This document shows, in pieces, positions 41,030 to 50,422 of a DNA stretch of 64,000 bases. The stretch is from Staphylococcus phage vB_Sau_P68. Every line of letters starts with the position of its first letter. Position 1 is the stretch's first letter. The stretch is taken from sequence record OL741057.1. One strand, 5' to 3'. A model generated the notes under the pieces. That model searched no databases, was not told the origin of the DNA, and saw only the letters and a program-made list of their open reading frames with translations. The translations under genes and the position numbers were made by a program.

Positions 41030-42839
41030 CAAAGTAGAATTGTTTATTTCCGTCTTGATTATAATCAGTAGTAACAAATGTAGAACCGAAGCTTGTACCG
41101 TTTCCTTCTTTAAGAAGTTCTTGTATTCTTGTTAATCCGATATTAGAATATACAGATGCTTGAGCCCAATGGTCGTCACCTTTACGTTTAATTACCTGTC
41201 TCATTTCTTCTGTTTTCTCATCTTCTTCATCCATAATTAATACATTTTGCCAATGTTTTAAGAAAGTTCTTAAATCATCGTCTACTTCTTGGTACATTCT
41301 AATATTCTTAGTTTTTAAACCTTGAATATATAATTTGTTCTGCATTAATTTATCTACTGTAACCGTATTTTTATTTTCATTAAATTCAGGTCTTAACTGT
41401 CCTGTGGATTTAGGAGAAGATTTATAAGTACATCCAAAAACTTTGTCTTCCCCAAAATGATTAATGAGTTTTAAAACATTATTACCTGAGTCACCGTTAT
41501 CTGCAATTATAATGTCGGGGTCGTACTTAGATATTTCCCAAATGATTTTTTCTAAATCTGCCTCTACCATATCAGGTCTAGACATTTTCTTGACAGAAAA
41601 TAATCTAATTAAATCTTTTTTACCGTCAGGTAAAACTCCATGAATAGAAATCCAATGAGTATTACCCCAATCTATACCTACGGAAATATGTGTATATCTA
41701 TCTCGTCTCATTAATTGTTTTTCTGCAACAGGTGATTTATTTTCAAATACATCTTCTTCTAAAACACGCATTTTAACATCTTCAAAAGGCATACCTAACG
41801 AATAGTTGTAAAAAGCCTGTTTGGATTCAGTATTCATTTCTTTTTCAACAAGTTGGTCTGCAGAAATCCATACAGCGTTCATTTGAGATATATAGTAACC
41901 TCTAATACCTGAGTTATTTTTGGTTCTATCAGGGTAACGACATTCCCATACTCCATTATACCATCTATCTAGAGGTTTACCGCATTTTTGACATACATAC
42001 TGGTAAGTACCATCTTGGACTGTTTTTGCTGTTTCATCTATACCATCAGGATTAACTAATAATAAATTACCGCTTTCCATCAAGTTATTTTCATCGTACG
42101 GTGCATATTTCATCTCATTATGGTAATCACAGTGCTGACAAACGTGTGCATAATACCATTGGTCTGACTGTTGGTAAAGTTTATGAATACCGATTCCAGG
42201 TGCTGAAGGTGTTGAGAACCTACGTACTATTTGGAATGTAGAACTTGACATGGACTCTAGTGCAGAAGACTCAGCAAGGCTATTTACCCTCTCATATTCA
42301 TCCATTGCAAGAAAATCTATATCTACACCCTCTACTGTTCCTGGTTTACTACTTGTTCTAAAGAATAAACTAGAGTTTCTTATCTGTTTATACCCTAAAG
42401 AATCTTTATCCCAATTAACTATATCAGTAAAATATCTCTTCTCTAATACAGGATTTAACCTAGATTGAACAAATTTTTTCATCTGCTCGTTGGTCGGGAA
42501 GGTGTAAAGACATTTAGGTGATTTATAACTATACATATCTGCAAAATGAACCATTTCCATTACACTCATCTCACTCAAACCAAGCTGTCTGCTTTTTATT
42601 ACTGCTTTATTTGGATGAGTGTCATTTACTATACGGACTTGCCACGGTCTATGAGCCTGTGCTTTACTTCTATCCCTCTTAGGAATACTGAAAGTTATAG
42701 GGTGACCTCTTAACGTGTGATACTTAAGCATATAGGTAGAAGGGTTTAACATATTGATTATATGGTCTACCTGTTCTCTTGTTATTTTTTCTGTTTGAAA
42801 TGTTTCTTGTGCTATCTTAATTAGTTCTTTTCCATCCAT
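41022..42839 (-). CDS. terL: terminase large subunit (605 aa)
   Basis: Size and position at the head of the morphogenesis module. Confidence 0.85.
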   Translation of the reverse strand: MDGKELIKIAQETFQTEKITREQVDHIINMLNPSTYMLKYHTLRGHPITFSIPKRDRSKAQAHRPWQVRIVNDTHPNKAVIKSRQLGLSEMSVMEMVHFADMYSYKSPKCLYTFPTNEQMKKFVQSRLNPVLEKRYFTDIVNWDKDSLGYKQIRNSSLFFRTSSKPGTVEGVDIDFLAMDEYERVNSLAESSALESMSSSTFQIVRRFSTPSAPGIGIHKLYQQSDQWYYAHVCQHCDYHNEMKYAPYDENNLMESGNLLLVNPDGIDETAKTVQDGTYQYVCQKCGKPLDRWYNGVWECRYPDRTKNNSGIRGYYISQMNAVWISADQLVEKEMNTESKQAFYNYSLGMPFEDVKMRVLEEDVFENKSPVAEKQLMRRDRYTHISVGIDWGNTHWISIHGVLPDGKKDLIRLFSVKKMSRPDMVEADLEKIIWEISKYDPDIIIADNGDSGNNVLKLINHFGEDKVFGCTYKSSPKSTGQLRPEFNENKNTVTVDKLMQNKLYIQGLKTKNIRMYQEVDDDLRTFLKHWQNVLIMDEEDEKTEEMRQVIKRKGDDHWAQASVYSNIGLTRIQELLKEGNGTSFGSTFVTTDYNQDGNKQFYFDE

Positions 42840-42853
42840 TTATATCTTTCTCC

Positions 42854-43264
42854 TTAGAATGTCTCAGAATTTTCCTCATTCATTATTCTTTCCTTCTCAG
42901 AAATCATTTCTGTAATATCTTCTGCTGACATTTCTGATATTTTTTGTAAGTCTACAGTAGACTCCCCGTTACTATCTTCTGTTGTAATCTCTTCAAATAA
43001 TTCTTGTTGGGGTCTAGATAGCTGAGGTATTGCTCCACCTTCAGAAGTTTCATTAACCATATTCTGCATTTGAGAGAATATCACAAATAGTTTATATAAA
43101 TCGTTAGGGTCTTTAACTTCTATTTCTTTATTATCTACTTTTTTATTGAATTCATACATTAATTTACCGATACCGTTCATAAATCCATCAGCTATATACT
43201 TTCTTGTATCCTCTTCTTCCAACTTTCTCTTGTTAATTATATCTCTAATATTTTCTGCACTCAA
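42854..43264 (-). CDS. possible terminase small subunit (136 aa), assigned by position only
   Basis: Gene immediately upstream of terL. No motif recognised. Confidence 0.35.
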   Translation of the reverse strand: MSAENIRDIINKRKLEEEDTRKYIADGFMNGIGKLMYEFNKKVDNKEIEVKDPNDLYKLFVIFSQMQNMVNETSEGGAIPQLSRPQQELFEEITTEDSNGESTVDLQKISEMSAEDITEMISEKERIMNEENSETF

Positions 43265-43539
43265 TCCATTTCACCTCGTTTTCTTAAATTTTTATAGCAA
43301 TTGTTGATATCTGCACAGATATCAAAATAAATATACTTAGAATACTGTAAATGAAAATGATTAACTTTCGATAGTGCTTTTCCTTTAGTGTAATTCATAC
43401 CTGATAACTGCTGACCGCATAGACTACAAATTCTACTAGAACTAGCTATCCTTTTATCTCCTTTTTTTACTAAAGAAACAGTTGTAGCACCATCCTTAAG
43501 TTCTTTCCTTTGTTCTTTAATTTCTTTCTTCGTTTTCAT
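43261..43539 (-). CDS. hypothetical protein (92 aa)
   Basis: ORF overlapping its neighbours by 4 bp. Confidence 0.45.
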   Translation of the reverse strand: MKTKKEIKEQRKELKDGATTVSLVKKGDKRIASSSRICSLCGQQLSGMNYTKGKALSKVNHFHLQYSKYIYFDICADINNCYKNLRKRGEMD

Positions 43540-43903
43540 CGTAATCTTCCTTTTTACTATCTTCCTCTACTCTTCTTTGGGCTTTAGCCCTAACTTTTAT
43601 CTCTTCTGCTGTTATACCGTAGTTACTTTCTATGATTTTCTTGATTATTTTTATTTCTTTATCATTTATCTCTACCTGTTTAAGAACGTACTCAGGTAAG
43701 GGGTCTTCTTTCTTAAGTAGGAACTTATCTGTTATAGTAAGTGCGACATTAGAAACAAGACCACCAAAGAGAAAGTATGTCATAACTACACTCGGTCTTA
43801 TTGAGTAAATAAGTGACAAGGAATTAATAACAGACAAAATTAGTAGTAAGAATATAATAATAACCAAAGTTTTGAATATGAATATAGCTATGTTATTATT
43901 CAA
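43517..43903 (-). CDS. membrane protein (128 aa)
   Basis: N-terminal TM helices. First gene of the minus-strand block. Confidence 0.5.
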   Translation of the reverse strand: MNNNIAIFIFKTLVIIIFLLLILSVINSLSLIYSIRPSVVMTYFLFGGLVSNVALTITDKFLLKKEDPLPEYVLKQVEINDKEIKIIKKIIESNYGITAEEIKVRAKAQRRVEEDSKKEDYDENEERN

Positions 43904-44042
43904 CCACTTTAACCTCCTATTGTCTTTTTTTATTATATTATTAATCTAACAATTGACTTTTATGACTATCTTTTAATGTTATATTAGTGGTGTAATCTAA
44001 AAGTTCTAGAAATAATAGGTCAAAAGAAATAGGTGTTTAACA

Positions 44043-44309
44043 ATGATTATCGTATCTTTTTTTGTGTCTATACCTCTTTTTTGTTTCTATTATTTTATAC
44101 TTAGTGGTGTTACAACGTCTTTAGGTTATTCTATCTATAGAAAAGATAAAAGTAAGATAACTATTAATATAGTATATCTATCAGCTATCTACGGTTTATC
44201 TGTTGTTAGTATTTGGCTTATCTTCTCAGAAAAAATAATTATTATCATTATTCTTAATATAATTATAATAACTGCTTTTATCATAACTATTATACCACAA
44301 AATAAGTAA
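44043..44309 (+). CDS. small membrane protein (88 aa)
   Basis: Hydrophobic ORF. First gene of the plus-strand block. Confidence 0.45.
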   Translation: MIIVSFFVSIPLFCFYYFILSGVTTSLGYSIYRKDKSKITINIVYLSAIYGLSVVSIWLIFSEKIIIIIILNIIIITAFIITIIPQNK

Positions 44310-44341
44310 AATTAAAAATTAATAGTAAGGAGGTTACCACT

Positions 44342-44668
44342 TTGACTAAATATAAGGATATCCTTAAGTTAGAGTTTAAAGATGCACTAGCTCATTTCAA
44401 ACGAGACAGAGTATTCTTTCATATGTATAGAATAAACCGTCTACTAATAAATGGCTCAATTATATACTTCGACTATTATTACCTTCCTTCTGATGACCCG
44501 AATATTGTAATAAAAGAACTAGACCTCCAAGACTTCGGTAAACTTAGATTCGAAATTGACGTTAGAACATCCTACGGAAAAGTCGTAACAGATAATTATA
44601 TGGAGATTATCAATGATTTCTTAGAGAATTATGATACCCATTCTGAGTCTGAAACGGTTAGACCTTAG
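44342..44668 (+). CDS. hypothetical protein (108 aa, TTG start)
   Basis: RBS TAAGGAGGT 8 nt upstream of the TTG start. Confidence 0.5.
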   Translation: MTKYKDILKLEFKDALAHFKRDRVFFHMYRINRLLINGSIIYFDYYYLPSDDPNIVIKELDLQDFGKLRFEIDVRTSYGKVVTDNYMEIINDFLENYDTHSESETVRP

Positions 44669-44680
44669 AGGTGATTCTAG

Positions 44681-45013
44681 TTGGATAAGGAAATAAACAA
44701 CCTTGTTTCTCAAGTAGAGACTATTAAGTCTAAGATACAAGAAGGTAATTATATAGATAGAGGAACTTTCAGAGATTTAGAAGTTGAGGTAGCTGAACTA
44801 AGAAAAATGATAGTTAGTATAGATAAAGATGTAGCTGTCAATAGTGAAAAACAATCAGCAATTTACGTCCAATTAGAAAGACTTGATGAAAAGATTTCAG
44901 AACTTGCTGAAAGTACAAAAACTAAGGATACTAGGAAAAAGGATACTACTGAGAAGGTTCTTTTACTTGTTCTAGGAGCTATATTATCCTTTGTCTTTAA
45001 CAAATTTGCATAG
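44681..45013 (+). CDS. hypothetical coiled-coil protein with C-terminal TM (110 aa)
   Basis: ORF with C-terminal hydrophobic segment. Confidence 0.5.
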   Translation: MDKEINNLVSQVETIKSKIQEGNYIDRGTFRDLEVEVAELRKMIVSIDKDVAVNSEKQSAIYVQLERLDEKISELAESTKTKDTRKKDTTEKVLLLVLGAILSFVFNKFA

Positions 45014-45025
45014 GAGAGATTGTAG

Positions 45026-45235
45026 ATGTCAAAACATATTGAAATAACAATGTCAAGTGGTGCTAAGTATTTTTTAGTATCTACTGATGAAAAGAGTTAT
45101 AGCAGGCAAGATATAGATTATATGCTTAGTGGTGTTGATTCTGTATCAATTAAAGTATTTACTGAGAGTAATAATGCTTCACCTCAAGTTTATATTAACC
45201 CAAAAAGAATAGAATCTTTTAAAATTGTATTTTAA
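45026..45235 (+). CDS. small hypothetical protein (69 aa)
   Basis: RBS GGAGAGATTGTAGATG. A terminator follows. Confidence 0.45.
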   Translation: MSKHIEITMSSGAKYFLVSTDEKSYSRQDIDYMLSGVDSVSIKVFTESNNASPQVYINPKRIESFKIVF

Positions 45236-45241
45236 TTATTG

Positions 45242-45267
45242 AGTGACTTTAAGTAGTCACTTTTTTA
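45242..45267 (+). terminator. rho-independent terminator
   Basis: AGTGACT-TTAAGT-AGTCACT followed by TTTTTT. Confidence 0.6.
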
Positions 45268-45353
45268 TTTGTCTTATTGTTGACTCCCTAACATTGTTAA
45301 TTATATATTATATATTAGTAATTAATAATAAGTAATAAATATATATATAACTA

Positions 45354-45401
45354 TAATAGGAGTACTCCTTATTTTCTAAATACGTACTTTTTCTTCTGTA
45401 A
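45354..45401 (+). repeat. direct repeat copy 1 (~48 bp core) containing the 12-bp palindrome AGGAGTACTCCT
   Basis: TAATAGGAGTACTCCTTATTTTCTAAATACGTACTTTTTCTTCTGTAA. Copy 2 lies at 45533-45580 with 4 mismatches. Each copy is preceded by a TATAAT-like box. Confidence 0.6.
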
Positions 45402-45532
45402 GTACTGATATAAAGGGATTTTACTTTAGATAAATATAAATTATTACTCAGAATAGTAATTTTTCTGTTCTTGTTAATTATAATTATATATTTAATATTA
45501 TTAATTACTTATATCAGAATATAATTATATAT

Positions 45533-45580
45533 AATAGGAGTCCTCCTTATTTTCTAAATACGTACTTTTTCTCTTGTAAC
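45533..45580 (+). repeat. direct repeat copy 2
   Basis: TAATAGGAGTCCTCCTTATTTTCTAAATACGTACTTTTTCTCTTGTAA. Confidence 0.6.
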
Positions 45581-45699
45581 CCTCGGTATTAAAGGATTCT
45601 TCAAAATAATTTAAATTATTTTTAAAAAACTGTTGACTTATTTATCAATATAGTATATAGTTAAACTATCAAATAAAACAAGAAAAGGATTGATTAATT

Positions 45700-45918
45700 A
45701 TGAAAAGACAAAAAATGTTTTACTCAAGTTTAATATGTAAAGAATGTGGTAATGTATTCAAAGTACCAAGAAAAAGAGCAAATAAAAGAGAAGAAGGTCA
45801 TATCAAAGATATATACTGTATCAAATGTTGTAAAACTACAAAACATGTAGAAGATAATCGTAGTGAAGCAGAAAGAAGATGGGATGCTATTCAGGAAGAA
45901 TTAACAAAAGATAACTAA
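45700..45918 (+). CDS. small zinc-ribbon protein (72 aa, two CxxC pairs)
   Basis: CKECGN...CIKCCKT motif pairs. Confidence 0.5.
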   Translation: MKRQKMFYSSLICKECGNVFKVPRKRANKREEGHIKDIYCIKCCKTTKHVEDNRSEAERRWDAIQEELTKDN

Positions 45919-45944
45919 TATTTTAAAAAAAGTAGTAAATTAAC

Positions 45945-45973
45945 TTGACAAAGGTATCAGTATATGCTATAAT
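45945..45973 (+). promoter_or_regulatory. sigma-A type promoter (TTGACA-17-TATAAT)
   Basis: Perfect -35 TTGACA at 45945-45950 and perfect -10 TATAAT at 45968-45973, 17-bp spacer. Confidence 0.65.
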
Positions 45974-45979
45974 GTAATT

Positions 45980-46141
45980 AACAATAAAACAAATACCTTA
46001 CACATCACTGTTTTTTCTTACATTGTTTTCCAGTCCAAACAATAACAATGTTATTCTCTATTCTACTGAATAAACTAAACCCTCTATAAATAATATACTT
46101 GTAGGATTAACGAGGGAATCCTACTTTTATAATTTTTTTTT
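45980..46141 (+). ncRNA. candidate small RNA (~160 nt) bounded by a consensus promoter and a strong terminator; no ORF
   Basis: No ORF over 15 codons. Ends at hairpin GTAGGATT-AACGAGGG-AATCCTAC (46101-46124) plus TTTTATAATTTTTTTTT. Confidence 0.4.
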
Positions 46142-46150
46142 GAAATTAAC

Positions 46151-46179
46151 TTGACAAGTAATAAAAATTATGTTATAGT
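46151..46179 (+). promoter_or_regulatory. sigma-A type promoter (TTGACA-17-TATAGT) reading into an ORF-free ~900-bp region and the tRNA
   Basis: -35 TTGACA at 46151-46156 and -10 TATAGT at 46174-46179. Confidence 0.55.
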
Positions 46180-47062
46180 TAATATATAAATAATACAACT
46201 AAATATCTGAGCATAGTGACTGAATAATGATTTGGTAATCATAAGGTACAAGATAATCAAACGAATCAAAACTTATCGGAGTTATTTCGGTAAGATGAGT
46301 CGTCATTAGTATTGTTTAATACGATTGGTATACTTGGTACTTACTTATAAGGTCTGTAGAGTATGATAACAGCTAGGGTTTAATTTCTTCTTAGGGTCTT
46401 AGCGGAATCCTAGGAAGATACGCTATAACGACTTCCTGTAGTTGGAGCACAGAAATGTGTTTGATAATAGAGGTTATCAGTATGAGTAGCATAAATCTAC
46501 AGGTTCAAAAGATATATATTTGATAAAAATAATTTGGTAATCAAATAAATTTACTTTTCTTCGACCATGTGAAAGTTACTAACTAATATGTTAGTATCAC
46601 AATATCCTTTTGGATTGCGTGCGATGGACTTAAGGTAGCTCCTTAATAGAGTCAAGCGTAGTGATTAACTTAATAACAGGTCTTATAGGTAGGTTCCTCG
46701 TGAGACGGGTTATGCTTGGATATTTAGTTGCATTATATCAGAATGTGACTATAAATATTTTCCTCTTTATAGTTTATTATTAACAATTATCAGTTTCCTC
46801 CTTTGATTGATAATTAAAAAGAATCTACAAGGAGTATATTTTCACTCTTTCATGTATTTATTGTTCACACTCCTTTATGAACCAATAACTTACTCCTTGT
46901 AGATTATACATATTTCCTTCTTAGGTACCAATTACCACGCTTTGTTCATTTCACCTCCTTTCACTTAATATATAGTTGTTATGAGTGGTAATAATCGTTG
47001 CTTCGAACCTAAGAGAAAACCTGCTATACATTAAGGTAAGGTTAGGGTATAGCATTTATTTT

Positions 47063-47136
47063 GGCTCATTGGTGTAACTGGTTAACACACTGCCCTGTCA
47101 CGGCAGAGAGTACGAGTTCGAGTCTCGTATGAGTCG
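47063..47136 (+). tRNA. tRNA-Asp (anticodon GUC)
   Basis: Cloverleaf with acceptor GGCTCAT/ATGAGTC (one G-U pair), D-stem GTGT/ACAC, anticodon stem CTGCC/GGCAG with loop CUGUCAC, T-arm ACGAG-TTCGAGT-CTCGT. No encoded CCA. Confidence 0.85.
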
Positions 47137-47176
47137 TAAACTAATATACTTTACATATTTAAAAGGAGAGATATAA

Positions 47177-47362
47177 ATGGCATCAGCAAAACAAATATAC
47201 TATACAGAGAGTTTAGTAGGTAAAGCAGTAATCAATAATAAAGTTTCCAATAAAGAAGAAGTTTGGGATAAATTAGAGCTACTACCTGAAACTAAATTAG
47301 AAGACTTAGACAATAAACAAATGTCAGAAGTTATTAAAAAATTAAATCAAATAAACGAGTAA
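47177..47362 (+). CDS. small hypothetical protein (61 aa)
   Basis: RBS AAAAGGAGAG precedes the ATG. Confidence 0.4.
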   Translation: MASAKQIYYTESLVGKAVINNKVSNKEEVWDKLELLPETKLEDLDNKQMSEVIKKLNQINE

Positions 47363-47446
47363 GTGTTAAATTAATATAGTTAAACATAACCGACCAACTG
47401 TTATATTATTGTTAGAAATAAATATAATAGAAAGGTCGGTTTTTTA

Positions 47447-47950
47447 ATGACTAATGAAGCTAAACAACCTAAAGTTGTTGGAGGAATAAACCTTAGTACA
47501 CGAACTAAGAGTAAAACATTTTGGGTAGCAATTATATCGGCAGTAGCAGTATTTGCTAATCAAATTACAGGTGCTTTTGGTTTAGATTATTCAGCTCAAA
47601 TTGAGCAAGGTGTCAATATCATAGGTTCTATACTAACATTATTAGCAGGTTTAGGTATTATTGTTGATAATAATACTAAAGGTCTTAAAGACAGTGATAT
47701 TGTTCAAACAGACTATACAAAACCTCGTGATAGTAAAGACCCTAATGAATTTGTTCAATGGCAAGCAAATGCAAACACAGCTAGTACTTTTGAATTAGAC
47801 AACTACGAAAACAATGCAGAGCCTGATACAGATGATAGTGATGAAGTACCTGCTATTGAAGATGAAATTGATGGCGGTTCAGCACCTTCTCAAGACGAAG
47901 AAGATACCGAAGAACACGGTAAAGTATTTGCGGAGGAGGAAGTTAAGTAA
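47447..47950 (+). CDS. holin (167 aa, two TM segments, acidic C-terminal tail)
   Basis: Two hydrophobic segments and a charged tail. Stop overlaps the endolysin ATG (TAATG). Size matches the phage K holin. Confidence 0.75.
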   Translation: MTNEAKQPKVVGGINLSTRTKSKTFWVAIISAVAVFANQITGAFGLDYSAQIEQGVNIIGSILTLLAGLGIIVDNNTKGLKDSDIVQTDYTKPRDSKDPNEFVQWQANANTASTFELDNYENNAEPDTDDSDEVPAIEDEIDGGSAPSQDEEDTEEHGKVFAEEEVK

Positions 47951-48584
47951 TGGCTAAGACGCAAGCAGAAATAAATAAACGTTTAGACGCATATGCAAAA
48001 GGAACAGTAGATAGCCCTTATAGAGTTAAGAAAGCAACAAGTTATGACCCTTCATTTGGTGTAATGGAGGCAGGAGCAATTGATGTAGATAAATATTATC
48101 ACGCTCAGTGTCAAGACCTTATTACAGACTATGTATTATGGTTAACAGATAATAAAGTTAGAACTTGGGGTAATGCTAAAGACCAAATCAAACAAAATTA
48201 TGGTACTGGATTTAAAATACACCAAAATAAACCTTCTACAGTACCTAAAAAAGGTTGGATTGCAGTATTTACTTCAGGTAGCTATACACAGTGGGGTCAC
48301 ATAGGTATTGTATATGATGGAGGTAATACTTCAACATTTACTATTTTAGAGCAAAACTGGAACGGTTACGCTAATAAAAAACCTACAAAACGTGTAGATA
48401 ACTATTACGGATTAACTCATTTCATTGAAATACCTGTAAAAGCAGGAACTACTGTTAAAAAAGAAACAGCTAAGAAAAGTGCAAGTAAAACACCTGCACC
48501 TAAAAAGAAAGCAACATTAAAAGTTTCTAAGAATCATATTAACTATACAATGGATAAACGAGGTAAAAAACCTGAAGGAATGGT
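47950..48584 (+). CDS. lysK: endolysin LysK-type, exon 1 (CHAP domain)
   Basis: [42 protein letters not shown]... is near-identical to the LysK CHAP domain. Exon ends ...KPEGMV at GU before a group I intron. Confidence 0.85.
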
Positions 48585-49541
48585 GTAAAAAATAATCTAT
48601 AAAATAACTTGTAATTCTATTAGTTCTATGGTATAATACTTATATAATGATGTAGGAGGTATTATACATGGAAGAAATTTGGAAAGACATTCAAGGATAT
48701 GAAGGTAAATATAAAGTTAGTAACCTAGGAAATGTTAAATCAATAAAACGAACTGTTAAACACGCAGGAAGTAATACTAGAACTTTTCCTGAAACTTTAT
48801 TGAAACCTAATAAAGTAGCATTTGATTATCTTCAAGTAACTCTATATAAAGAAGGTAAAAGAAAATGTAGGTACGTTCATAATTTAGTAATGGAAGCTTT
48901 TGTAGGAGAAAAGGAAAAAGGTTTTGAGACAAATCATAAAAATGAAATAAAAAGTGATAATAGGCTTGAAAACTTAGAATACATTACTGCAAAAGAAAAT
49001 AATAATTATGGGACACGAATACAAAGAATGTCTGAAAAAAATACTAATGGGAAAAGAAGTAAGAAAATTAAAGGTACTCATTTAAAAACTAAAGTTGAAA
49101 TTATTTTACCTTCTATTGAAGAAGCAAAAAGACAAGGATATGGTAATCATATATCTGAAGTTTGTAATGGTAAAAGAAATTCATGTAAAGGTTATAAATG
49201 GGAATTTATAGATTAAGCACTGCATATATCGTGAGGTATATGTACTAAAAACATAAATTGCTTTGAAGAACCTTAGAGCCTTGATACCACAATAAAGCTG
49301 AAAAGACTTTATGAGGGTTTAACAAGTTCAAGGATTGGTTTGTTTAGCATCACTACTCCTAAGTGATAGAAAAATCATAAGGAGAATGTTCAACGACTAG
49401 AGGATTGCCTCCTCGTAGGGTTCAAGTGAACTCGAAAGAAGAACTATCTCACAGAGATAGAGAGAAATAGTCTGCTCACGTCCTGTAATGGGAGTGCTAG
49501 GTAATACCTAGAGCTAGATTAACGAACTAGTGAAACATAAG
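48585..49541 (+). mobile_element. group I intron in the endolysin gene carrying an HNH homing endonuclease ORF (I-KsaI-like arrangement)
   Basis: Exon junction GGU|G...G|AUA restores [18 protein letters not shown]..., as in continuous LysK. Intron core has R GUUCAACGACUA and S AAAUAGUC. Stop codon lies immediately after the 5' splice site. Omega G at 49541. Confidence 0.8.
48668..49216 (+). CDS. intron-encoded HNH homing endonuclease (182 aa)
   Basis: N-terminal GYEGKYKVSNLGNVKS (NUMOD4-like). HNH region VHNLVMEAF...NHKNEIKSDNRLENLEY. C-terminal GYKWEF. Confidence 0.8.
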   Translation: MEEIWKDIQGYEGKYKVSNLGNVKSIKRTVKHAGSNTRTFPETLLKPNKVAFDYLQVTLYKEGKRKCRYVHNLVMEAFVGEKEKGFETNHKNEIKSDNRLENLEYITAKENNNYGTRIQRMSEKNTNGKRSKKIKGTHLKTKVEIILPSIEEAKRQGYGNHISEVCNGKRNSCKGYKWEFID

Positions 49542-50397
49542 GATACACAACGATGCGGGTCGTTCTTCAGGACAACAATACGAGAATTCATTAGCTAAAG
49601 CAGGTTATGCTAGATATGCTAATGGTATTGCTCATTACTACGGTTCTGAGGGTTATGTATGGGAAGCAATAGATGCTAAGAATCAAATTGCTTGGCATAC
49701 AGGAGATGGGACAGGAGCAAACTCAGGTAACTTTAGATTTGCAGGTATTGAAGTCTGTCAATCAATGAGTGCTAGTGATGCTCAATTCCTTAAAAATGAA
49801 CAAGCAGTATTCCAATTTACAGCAGAAAAATTTAAAGAGTGGGGTCTTACTCCTAACCGTAAAACTGTAAGATTGCATATGGAATTCGTTCCTACTGCAT
49901 GTCCTCACCGTTCTATGGTTCTTCATACAGGATTTAATCCAGTAACACAAGGAAGACCATCACAAGCAATAATGAATAAACTTAAAGATTATTTCATTAA
50001 ACAAATTAAAAACTACATGAGTAACGGAACTTCAAGTTCTACTGTAGTTAAAAAAGGTAAAACAAGTAGTGCAAGTACACCGGCAACTAGACCAGTTACA
50101 GGTTCTTGGAAAAAGAACCAATACGGAACTTGGTATAAACCGGAAAACGCAACATTTGTTAATGGTAACCAACCTATAGTAACTAGAATAGGTTCTCCAT
50201 TCTTAAATGCTCCAGTAGGAGGTAACTTACCGGCAGGAGCTACAATTGTATATGACGAAGTTTGTATCCAAGCAGGTCATATTTGGATTGGTTATAACGC
50301 TTATAATGGTAACAGAGTATATTGCCCTGTTAGAACTTGTCAAGGTGTTCCACCTTCACATGTACCTGGAGTTGCCTGGGGGACATTCAAGAGTTAA
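49542..50397 (+). CDS. lysK: endolysin LysK-type, exon 2 (amidase-2 and C-terminal SH3b cell-wall-binding domains)
   Basis: [56 protein letters not shown]... continues to the SH3b-like C-terminus. In frame with exon 1 after splicing. Confidence 0.85.
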
Positions 50398-50422
50398 TAA
50401 ATAAATAAATAAATAATTTTTA

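Noticed and set aside
45344-45600. Possible CRISPR array
   Set aside because: Only two repeat copies, 48 bp each with 179-bp spacing and internal dyads. No cas genes. This is not a CRISPR architecture.
46940-46965. TCACCTCCTTTC, resembling the 3' end of 16S rRNA (anti-Shine-Dalgarno)
   Set aside because: A 12-nt match in an AT-rich genome with no rRNA context. On the minus strand it is simply a strong SD followed by a 5-codon ORF. Treated as coincidence.
45920-47062. Additional tRNA genes (Met/Trp/Phe) expected from K-like phages
   Set aside because: Only 47063-47136 folds into a convincing cloverleaf with a T-loop. Other GGTTC/TTCGA occurrences lack complementary acceptor and T stems. This may need tRNAscan-SE to confirm.
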